From contig NW_026781957.1 in the NCBI RefSeq assembly GCF_031769215.1, forward strand, positions 1,612,001 to 1,676,000: 64,000 nt of DNA, given 5' to 3'. The notes beneath the pieces were generated by a model. That model was not told where the DNA came from, did no database searches, and was given only the letters and a program-made list of their open reading frames with translations. Every line of letters begins with the position of its first letter. Within the stretch, counting starts at the first letter, position 1. The position numbers were made by a program, and so were the translations under genes. The stretch comes from Ylistrum balloti. Taxonomy: Eukaryota. Positions 30,701-42,700 of this stretch are shown piece by piece.

Positions 30701-33700
30701 TCATTGTCTGTTCAGACTCTGGTTAATATCATTGTCCATACAGACTCTTGTTAATATCATTGTCTACACAAACTCTTGTTAATATCATTGTCTGTTCAGA
30801 CTGGTTAATATCATTGTCCATACAGACTCTTGTTAATATCATTATCTGTACAGACTCTGGTTAATATCATTATCTGTGCAGAGACTGGAAAATATCATTG
30901 TCTGCACAGACTCTGGTTAATATCATTATCTGTGCAGAGACTGGTAAATATCATTGTCTGTACAGACTCTTGTTAATATCATTGTCTACACAAACTCTGG
31001 TTAATATCATTGTACAGTGACTCAGGTAAGACATTGTGTGTACAGAGACTGGTTAATAACATTATCTGTACAGACTCTGGTTAATGTCATTATCTGTACA
31101 GACTGGTTAATATTATTGTCTACACAAACTCTGGTTAATATCATTGTGTGTACAGTGATTCTGTGAAGACATTGTGTGTACAGAGACTGGTTAATATCAT
31201 TATCTGTACAGACTCTGGTTAATGTCATTATCTGTACAGACTGGTTAATATCATTATCTGTACAGACTGGTTAATATCATTGTCTACACAAACTCTGGGT
31301 AATATCATTGTTTGTACAGTGACTCAGGTAAGACATTGTGTGTACAGAAACTGGTTAATATAATAGTCTGTACTGTAACCAGTTGATTTTAATGTCTTTG
31401 CAGAATATCTGGTTATTATCATTGTCTGCACTGAAAGTCTGATAAATATCTTGGTGTGCTAAGTTTACTTAAAATTCCATTGATGTTACATTTATTATGA
31501 AAGGAATTTAATATGAGAGTGGACGTTGCTCATTTATAAATGGCTAATTCAGGAAGCAAACAAAGCTATGGATGGACAAGAACTGAAGGCAGTCATACTC
31601 TTCCTTTTATTTGTGAGATTCCAAAGAAGGAAGTGTACCGTATTATACAGGAGAAAAGAGAATTCTGTAAGTATGTTACAATGTGGACAAAGCTTTCCTA
31701 TCCCCCATTGATCAGTTAAAGTTTAAGGATTTACTACCGATGAAGGGAAGGTGTGAACGACACACTTACTATAGTATTGAACAAAGTATTGATACTATTG
31801 TATTGAAGTATTCAAATAATCGAGTCAAGTATACAACGTCCTCTGTGATTGGTCGGGGGTGGAGTTTGGACAACCTGAATAGTTGATCTGACACCCAATT
31901 TGTTCCGGTAGGCGGAGTTATTGTACACTATCAGTTACATAACAATTACTAAGTAATCGCTGGACAAATGTCCGACGACGGCAACAGTACGCAAAATTTT
32001 CTTCGACGAAATTATGTCCGATACGAACGATATGGGGAATCCTGTTTTTGTACAAGGCGATGTGGTTGTGATGGATAATTGTGGATTCCATCACCATAGA
32101 CAGGGAGAGCGCATTTTAAGAAATATGCTGAAAGAATATGGCGTGTCCCTGGTTTTTCAGCCGCATTATTCCACGGAATAAAACGTAACTGAATATGTAT
32201 TCAATGTCATGAGACAGAGGCTTCGGGCAAATACCCGACTTGTGTCAGAATTTCTGGAACTTGCAGTAGTAAATGCTCTAGATATTCCGCCCAACCAACT
32301 TCAAAGTTTTTTCACATGTTGCGGATATGTATAATTTTCGATGGAAAGATAAAAAATAAAATAAAAAATATATGGGACCACAGAATTCCTTTATTTTTTA
32401 ATGCAGTATGAATTATCGGCATATATCAGGAGGTCCCAGGTAATTCGTAATTCTTTGTTACATATAATAGAGCTTGGGCTTACCCCGAAATACCCCTTTC
32501 AAAAAAATAAATAAATAAATAAAACTAGTACAGAATGACTATATGACTATATTCACTGTTAAGATGTTATGAATTCTCCGGTCCCAGTGATCTAACCTGT
32601 TGATATATATTTTGTACGTAAATTAGTTTAGTACTGAGTAACTTTCGTTTTCTCGTTGTACCATCGATGGAAAAGCAAGGTATAATTGGGTGTAGAACGA
32701 AAAAAATGGGACAACCCAATTAGGTCTGATCTGAAGCCACCTGTGACTTGGACTCTTCCAATTAACCTCTCGCGACAGTCGAGTGTTTGTAAAATGCCTG
32801 CACAGTATTTTTTCACCTGGCTCCACCCACAATCGATCTAGACTTGGCTCTGCCAATCAGAGAGCTTGTTGCATAAATTTTAGGAATTTGATTGGTGAAG
32901 TACTTCAGTACAATACTATCAATACTTTGTTCAGTACTATAGTACTTGAAACGTTCACACCTTCCCTTCATCGGTAGTAAAGTAAAAAAAAATCCAGTTA
33001 TTACCAAGTATTACAAAGTGACTCCCAGCATACCTTCATCGACTTCAAAGTGATAAACAACGGTATGGGAGTTACTTCTTCAACAATATTCTCACTTGAG
33101 TTTAGAGTATATTTGATAGATTTACAGAAGTGTATACCCACATCATCAGCTCTAGAACATCAAGCATGTAGTTAGCAATGATTTTAGGTACAAAAACCCC
33201 TTATTTAGAGGTTTCGGAGAATACTGCCTTCTACAGGTTTCCCTACAAAAAACAAATAATTGCCAGAAAATGCAACACAGATTAGATGGGGACTGAAGTC
33301 ACTGACATTTGTGTTTTATAACTTATGAAATGTTTGATTTTTGGAAACTTTCCACTTTTCCATGGCTATACCCAAACCTTGCAAATAGAATTCAATGAAT
33401 AAAACTTCATATCAAAGAACCATGTACTTTTGTTTGGTATAAATATCAGTTTTTACTGATGTCTTGGACTTAAGTCGTGTAAAAAGTATCACATTTTATG
33501 TTATACAGTGCTCCAGACAAGCTGCATGATAAGTAGTCCACACTGAGAATGTAATCAATTAGTATGGACAAAATCATTTCTATCTCCAAGGTTGGAAAAG
33601 TAAGGGCACCTTACCCATAGTATAAAGAATTATCTGGAGTGCTGAGTCTAGAGATAATTTGACTTAAAGATAAATAATGTAATTCAGGAAAATTGACTGG

Positions 33701-36700
33701 ATATTTACATCATCAATACTTCAATGGCAAAATCAAATTTGAATGTCTATTTGATACTGTTTTTAGCGTATGGAACTTCTCATGTGAACCCTAATTTAGT
33801 ACCACGGGGCCCGGAGATGTATATTGACCCCATGGACACAGAGATACTGGGGGTGACACGCCTTGTGTTTATGGAGTGTGCAGCGAAGGGGCAGCCCCAG
33901 CCAACCTATATATGGACAAGGAACTCCTCACAAATTGTGATCACTGCCGCTACCGACACCCGTTACACGCTGACAAATGGCCGCCTGTCAATCCAGGATC
34001 CTACTGAAGGCAAAGATGCAGGACAGTATCAATGTGAAGCTGAAAATCGATTTGGAAAAATAATCTCCGCTCCCGTACTCCTCTCATTTGCGTGTATGTA
34101 TACTTCAGTATTGTTTTGATAAAAATCAGGTAAGTGTGTGTTGATGATATAGTTAGGTAGTATACAATCCTTTTTTTATTTTGAATACAAATTAAATACA
34201 GAGTATGGTTTTAATAGTCATATAAAGAGATTGACTTGAAATTGTTATCAAAAACTACAGTCCCAATAACTGGTCAAGACCTCTTTAGATTTATAAACTT
34301 TAATGACTGTTTCAGCTGTTGTTTTATTAAAAATAATCATTGTCATTGATCTTGATGTGTTTTGATTCCAGTTTTAGGAGGATTCACTAATGTGGACAGA
34401 GCTCCAACTCGCCCAGATGAATTTAGTGGTGCGATATTGGAATGTCCTGCAATTCAGAGTCGCTCCAAAGTGGGTTAGTGATGCAATTTTCAATATATTT
34501 ATCTCCCTTTCAAAGAGTGTTTTGTTGCTGTGTGTGACTGATTACCATGTTTTTCAGCATTTTCTTAGCCTCATCATTTACAGATGGTTTTTGGAGTTCA
34601 GATAAGAATATGTTGAGCAAATTCATCACACAAAAATTATGTAAATCAATGTACAGGTCACCTTCACAATTTGCAGAAATATTTGTCTCCTAAATGTTGC
34701 TAGCACTGAAGCACTAAAGTCACTGGGATATCTCCATTCGACTGTAAACAATAAGGCTTTGTTACATTAATTATTAACCATGAGGTTTAAAAATGTTATT
34801 GCTTTTCTGATGATATCTGAAAATATCTTTATTGCTGATGTCAGCGCATTAGATTTGACATATTCTGTAAAGATAATGATATTTTTGTTTGTTAGGCATC
34901 ATGTACCAGTGGAAAAGAGAACGAGAATTTATCATCACAGATCTCAGTCCATACATGTTTATATCACGTGACGGGAAACTTTACTTCTCTGAGGTGACAC
35001 GTAGTGATAACGGGGACTACTACTGTATTGCTACCCTTGCTAGTCCAAGTGAATCTCATAACTATGTAGGGTCAGCTCAAGTTCCCAGTCGTATCAGCAG
35101 GGAGATAAATTTGGATGTGATACCTCAACGTAAGTCTAGAGTGACAATAAGGTAATCTCTTAACTTTGTAGACTTTGTTACCTCCAATACCTCCATTCTT
35201 ACATTTGCATTATAACATGAACATTCATACCCTGCGCCACTAGTTATACCTCCAGTCATTTACCTCTTACAGTTGTCTCCCCTGTCCACTAGTTATACCT
35301 CCAGTCACATTTACCTCACACAGTTTTCTCCTCTGCCCACTAGTTATACCTCCAGTCATTTACCTCTCACAGTTTTCTCCCCTGCCCACTAGTTATACCT
35401 CCAGTCATTTACCTCACACAGTTTTCTCCCCTGCCCACTAGTTGTACCTTCAGTCACATTTACCACTCACAGTTGTCTCCCCTGTCCACCAATTATACCT
35501 CCAGTCACATTTACCTCACACAGTTTTCTCCCCTGCCCACTAGTTATACCTCCAGTCACATTTACCACTCACAGTTGTCTCCCCTGTCCACTAGTTATAT
35601 CTCCAGTCACCTTTACCACTCACAGTTGCCTCCCCCTGTCCACTAGTTATACCTCCAGTCACATTTACCACTCACAGTTGCCTCCCTCTGTCCACTTGTT
35701 GTACCTCCACCACCAGTCTTATCCTCCACCCTTACAGTCATACTCTATGTAACAGTTGTACCACAACCTCACAGTAGTATTTCGACGTCCAGTCACATTC
35801 GACTATCACAATTGTTTCCCCTACCTCCATATTATACGTCACCCCTACAGCTGTTCTTTCTTTCACAACCATCCGCAATCTTAAATATACCCAGTATCCT
35901 CAATGTTTTATCCTCACCAATCCAATCATACCTCCCCCCACAGTTGTTCCCCCTTGCCATTTTTATAAATTCCTTTTCCAGTGGACATATTTTACTATAC
36001 TTACAGCAAGCCGAGAGTCAGCGGTACAGATCCAGGACAGCTTCATTCAGGTGTTTCCACGGATACCAATAGAAGGACAGACACTTGTGCTGGAGTGTTT
36101 TGCCTACGGCTCGTAAGTACATAACATAAACAGTACTGATCCTCATTAAAAGTTGGAACTGAAAATGATATATGGTATCAGTTCTGACCATCTGATCCTC
36201 TGGGAACCTTTTTGTAATTACCATAGGAATAGAAGCTCCAGCTATCATGATGCTTGACCTTGATCTTGTTAGGACATTGTAGAAAAATGATAATGATCTT
36301 CCTCTTAGACAAGTGAACAGAAAACTAAGTCATCAGGTCTTATACAGACCAGTAAGAGAAAACTTTCAGGTTTTATTCAGGCCAGTAAGAGGAAATTTTC
36401 AGGTCTTATACAGACCAGTAAGAGAAAATTTTCAGGTCTTATACACGCCAGTAAGAGAAAATTTTCAGGTTTTATACAGGCCAGTAAGAGGAAATTTTCA
36501 GGTTTTATACAGGCCAGTAAGAGAAAATGTTCAGGTTTTATACAGGCCAGTAAGAGGAAATTTTCAGGTTTTATACAGGCCAATAAGAGAAAGTGTTCAG
36601 GTTTTATACAGGCCAGTAAGAGAAAATGTTCAGGTTTTATACAGGCCAGTAAGAGAAAATGTTCAGGTTTTATACAGGCCAGCAAGAGAAAATGTTCAGG

Positions 36701-39700
36701 TTTTATACAGGTCAGTAAGAGGAAATTTCAGGTCTTATACAGGCCAATAAGAGAAAATTTTCAGGTTTTATACAGGCCAGTAAGAGGAAATTTTCAGGTT
36801 TTATACAGGCCAGTAAGAGAAAATGTTCAGGTTTTATACAGGCCAGTAAGAGAAAATGTTCAGGTTTTATACAGGCCAGTAAGAGAAAATGTTCAGGTTT
36901 TATACAGGCCAGTAAGAGAAAATGTTCAGGTTTTATACAGGTCAGTAAGAGAAAATTTTCAGGTTTTATACAGGCCAGTAAGAGAAAATTTTCAGGTTTT
37001 ATACAGGCCAGTAAGAGAAAATGTTCAGGTTTTATACAGGCCAGTAAGAGAAAATGTTCAGGTTTTATACAGGCCAGTAAGAGAAAATTTTCAGGTTTTA
37101 TACAGGCCAGTAAGAGGAAATTTTCAGGTTTTATACAGGCCAGTAAGAGAAAATGTTCAGGTTTTATACAGGCCAGTAAGAGAAAATGTTCAGGTTTTAT
37201 ACATGTCAGTAAGAGAAAATTTTCAGGTTTTATACAGGTCAGTAAGAGAAAATGTTCAGGTTTTATACAGGCCAGTAAGAGAAAATGTTCAGGTTTTATA
37301 CAGACCAGTAAGAGAAAACTTTCAGGTTTTATTCAGGCCAGTAAGAGGAAATTTTCAGGTCTTATACAGGCCAGTAAGAGAAAAAGAGAAAATTTTCAGG
37401 TTTTATACAGGCCAGTAAGAGAAAATTTTCAGGTTTTATACAGGCCAGTAAGAGGAAATTTTCAGGTTTTATACAGGCCAATAAGAGAAAATTTTCAGGT
37501 TTTATACAGGCCAGTAAGAGAAAATTTTCAGGTTTTATACAGGCCAGTAAGAGAAAATGTTCAGGTTTTATACAGGCCAGTAAGAGAAAATTTTCAGGTT
37601 TTATACAGGCCAGTAAGAGAAAATGTTCAGGTTTTATACAGGCCAGTAAGAGGAAATTTTCAGGTTTTATACAGGCCAGTAAGAGGAAATTTTCAGGTTT
37701 TATACAGGCCAGTAAGAGAAAATTTTCAGGTTTTATACAGGCCAGTAAGAGAAAATTTTCAGGTTTTATACAGGCCAGTAAGAGAAAATTTTCAGGTTTT
37801 ATACAGGCCAGTAAGAGAAAATTTTCAGGTTTTATACAGGCCAGTAAGAGGAAATTTTCAGGTAAGAGGAAATTTTCAGGTTTTATACAGGCCAGTAAGA
37901 GGAAATTTTCAGGTTTTATACAGGCCAGTAAGAGGAAACTTTCAGGTTTTATACAGGCCAGTAAAAGGAAATTTTCTGTTTCAGTGGAAAGCTTCACTAC
38001 TCCTGGACAACCCCTGGAAGACAAGATGGCCGCCTTTCTTTGTCGGACAGTAATCGTGTCCTCACCATTGCTGACTCCAGGCTGACAGATTCAGGAACTT
38101 ACAGTTGTACAGTGAGGAGCAGAAAAACTGACACCTTTGGCATAAAGATGTTTACTCTTTCTATTGAAGGTGAAAGTCCAGTCGCACTGGGAACTATATT
38201 TTAGATAGCAGGAGAACCACAGAAGTTGCTGGTGTCACTGATTGGTTACCAGGAGAGCACCACAGTAGTCGCTGGTGTCACTGACTGGGTGGTTCATACC
38301 ATCAAAGAAATCAGATTGGGAATGAAGAGTATCAAAAGTATTGATATAGTATGCAAAGTTTAATATTTTCAAGACAATTGAATTAATCAGGTACATAAGA
38401 GAAAGTAGATACAAAGAGAAGTCAGTGCCCTAACTTCTAAACTTCTCCTGGAGGGGTGATTCATGTACAGGATATTGAGATGTTGAAGGAAATGGAATAA
38501 AAAGATAAACTTAATTCATTGTTGAGTAACACTGTTTAATGGTGATGAAAATGTAAAACTTTTGTTTCTTTTGTAGCCAAACCATTCTTCACGCTTCCTC
38601 TGAAGAACCAGCACATGGATACTGGTAAACAATTGTCATGGCGATGTGAGGCAAGGTCTAAACCTCTTGCTGTTTATACGTGGTACAAGAACGGTCAGCC
38701 TCTCTTTAATAATTCTGATGTCATTGTCATACGCAACACCCTCGTCATACAAAGTCTTGAAAAGGTACACAGTGGCATGTACCAGTGTGCTGCTAGCAAT
38801 ATCCACGGCACCACCATGAGCTCTGCTCAACTCCGGGTCCTAGGTAAGTTTTGAGTCAGGCCATCTCATCAGTCCAGTGGGTTGCAATGAAAATCTGATT
38901 TAGCAACACCTGTGTAAAACAACTAAATGGCATGTTTTATCCATTTTCTGCTTATTGACTGTGCTGTTTGTTCTGTTTTTAAATTCCATGACAACTCTTT
39001 CGTGAAGGCAGATATACCTGCTTGATCTTTTTACAATATACAAAAATTCACATCTTTTTACTTGAAAATTCTCCAACGTAACTTAATAAATTGACAGAAA
39101 GTTATCGAAACCTCACAAATACCGTATAGTGGACTATTTTGCATTGCATTAATGTGGTCACAAAAATTTGATACATGCAAAAATTTTAATTCGTTATTAT
39201 ACCTGTATAATTCAAGAAAATTGCTAAAATTTGACCCATTAATATTACCATCGATATGATATATTGTATTTAAATTGGAACTTTGTTGTAGAATTCCCAC
39301 CGACCTTCATCAAGTCTCCCCTACCATCCTCAATGATGGCAGCCAGGTTGGGAAATGTCACCATCGCCTGTAATCCTGAAGCGGCACCTTACCCAAAGTT
39401 TTTGTGGTTGTACAGAGGCACTGATATGAACCTACGTGAAGGTGATACAACGTCACGAATTCGCTTGCTTGCTAACGGCAACCTGCATCTTACACAGCTG
39501 AGTGATGCAGATGAAGGAACATACACTTGTAAAGTGGAAAATGATTTAGGTTCTGCCATGAGTTCCACACACCTGAAAATACTGAGTATGTGTAAAAATT
39601 TGTCCACCAATTAACTCTATAACTGTCCATCAGATACATTGATGTACCTATCACTGTCGCAGTTTGGCAGATTTGAAGTGTACATATGAAATGCTTCCCG

Positions 39701-42700
39701 ACACTTTTCTGTCTAAGCATTAAGCTTAGTGTATTTAATGTGTCTTATCTCTGTAACCATCTAACCACAAACAACACTGCTATTTTGTCTGAATTTTAGA
39801 TGATGCGTTCTTCAATCTCTTTTCTAGTTGGTCATCTAGGAAAATGATTGTTGACTTAAGATAGAATATTGTGTCATTTTTCATGACCTCTATTAGATGA
39901 AGTAAGTTAATGACTATCAAGTTCTGATTGGTCGAAATTGATTCATTGTCCTATATTGTACCGTTATTTAAGCTCTGTAAGCCAATTTCAGTTTTATTTT
40001 TTGAAACATCGTTTGAGACATGGGGGCTTGGGTACTTCTATAAACACCCACATTTCAATTAGCATTTGTCATACATCTGAATTAAAATAAATTTTACACT
40101 TGAAATTCTCTAAAACACTAACAAGGCCATGTTTTATGTTATGCTGATAGCAAGGACATTTATAAGTGTTCCTCCACTGAAGCGAGAAGTGATCATCAAC
40201 AGCACAGCATTTATACCGTGTCAGGCATCATTTGACCCTGCCCTTGACCTCATCTATACCTGGCAACTCAACGGACATGATATTGACATCCAACGTGACA
40301 ATAACTACCAGCTGGTAAGGTCATCAGCAGATCCAATCTGTTGATCTTTGAAATGCTCCTTACGGTTTTCTTTGATGTCCAAACTTTTTAGGTCATCTAA
40401 CCGAAGGGTCTGAAGACCTATTGCGATCGCTTTTTGTGCGGCGGCGTCCGTCGTAAAACATTTTCAACTTCTTCTCAAGTTCTACATGTCTCATTGAGCT
40501 GAAACTTACCTGAAATGATTGTGACATGTATCTTGACCAAAGTTTGTTAATTTCGGGTTGGTCCGAAATCCAACATGGCCTTCATGGCCGCCATCTTGAA
40601 AAGACATTTTCGACTTCTTCTCAAGTTCAAAATTTGAAATCTTGTATTTTATGTCAGATGACCGTTAAGGTCTCTAGTTTTATTCCTATTTTATGTTGAT
40701 CACTTGTGAGTTATTATCATAAAATTGTTCTATGTATGTAACTATAATTATGTGAACCACTTAATAAGTAACCTTATCCAGGAAAACAAAAACTTTTTAT
40801 TCCTGGTAAAATTGTCCTGAATTCAAGTTGTCTTGACTTCCATATTTTAAATCCTTAATTTAACAAGTATTTCATTTGGATTTTGAGGACTCAGGACTAT
40901 GGCTTAAATTATTCCTGATTAATAAGAGTCTTCAGTGCATATTTTTATAAAAAGGTCTTGGGTCTGACAGATCATCCTTTAATACTGGATCAGCCTTCTG
41001 TTAACATATGTTAAGCTGTTTTTGTAAGCAATCATTTTATATTTTAAAGGGTGACAGAGGAAGAGGAGGACTTTATATCCGTAGAGCCCAATTTCGTCAC
41101 CAGGGAGAATACACCTGCTTCGCAAAGACACCAGTCGACCAAGATTTTGCCTCTAATACATTAACAGTGCTTGGTGAGTTGTCTCTTCTTTAGAATTTGG
41201 TCTTTGGAATGTGATGGTGGCATAGCAGTGGAAACATGTCGACAAAGTAAATAGTAACAAACCTAGAGTGTGCGGATGTAATATCAGTGAGTCTATTGAA
41301 TACATTATGGATCCACCCTAAGAAACTACGGCAAAGGTTCATATGAGGATCGGCCATTCATTGTTATATATGAAATAATTAAAACTGGGAATGGGACTCA
41401 TCAGCCGCTATAAAACCCCCAAAAATGATATACATGTACACTGAACTTTAAATGTTTATTCAGGTCCACCAGGGGAACCAGCTGGTGTACATAATTACCT
41501 TGCCAGTCCCCCTCCCAACCCTCGCTCAGCCAGGATCATATGGTCAGATGGAAAGCGTAATGGCCGCCCCATCAACTTCTACATGATTGAGGCCCAGACC
41601 AATTACTCCTCAAAATGGTTTCTACAGACAGTGAGTAAGTATGAACAAAATTACTCGACATGTACTCACAGGAGTTATAAATGTCCAGTTTTTGACTAAG
41701 TCACACTGTAAGTGCTATTCCAGTAAAACTTCACCCCAGGACTCCAAAGTCAATCACTTTAATCTATTTATTGTTTTCTTGTCTATTACAATTTTTATCA
41801 AATTATCAATTAAATTCTATATTTTGTACCCCTATACACAACCAGGATTCTAGGGTGGGATAGATGTTTGATTGCAGTAGCCCTAATAGAAGATGTTAAT
41901 TTGAACATTTCTTGTTAGATAACACATGATATTGTGTATCTTGATAATTGAACTTCTATTTTTTCTGTCTGTCATCAGTAACATTTCAACAAAAGCACTT
42001 CATTGACATGAATTAAAATCTTTGGCATATAACTAATGCCTTATTGTATTCTGTAGATGATAAAACTACTAGCACTGCAATTGTTGAAAGACACTTGCCA
42101 CATATATATTTTTGCTGTATTTAGTAGTGACTTAAAACAACTGTATTTTAGCATGTGAGGTAATTTGACAGAATTACTCTATGAATTTACTCAAATACTA
42201 CCAAAGAACTTGTGTACATTGAGACTTTGAATCATGCATGGTGGGTTATATCGACATTTCCATGTTAATGGCTATATATAGTTGATGACACAATATTTCT
42301 ACCTGAACAAACACAGCAAATACCGGAACATAAGTTTAAATGAAAAGATGCATTTTTATCTTAAAACATTTTCATTCATGAAAAAGCATAATTTTTAATA
42401 GAAATCAATGAGCAATGGATAATGCATGTTTATATACTCATATCACACAGTTTATGTATTTTACAGATTAATATAAAATGAAATGACATGCAGCATTAAA
42501 GTGGTCTCTAAATGTTAAAATGATTAATTCAACACTGATACATAAATCTTGTAGGCAGTAATGAATTTGAAATAAAGCAAATTGATATCAATGTATTCCG
42601 TCTAGAAACAACAGCGCTAACATCACACATCCTTGGTCATAGAAATTGCATGATTGACAGATAAATCACTGTGTTTCTCACGCTTTTATGCTTAAAACTA

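Noticed and set aside
36313-38024. Repeat ORFs [11 protein letters not shown] and [11 protein letters not shown] (up to 220 aa)
   Set aside because: Same artefact from a 33-bp array inside a contactin intron.
41631-41640. Alternative contactin donor GTGAGT 4 nt upstream of the used GTAAGT
   Set aside because: Only the 41634 boundary keeps phase with the next exon; the other frameshifts and has no supporting evidence.
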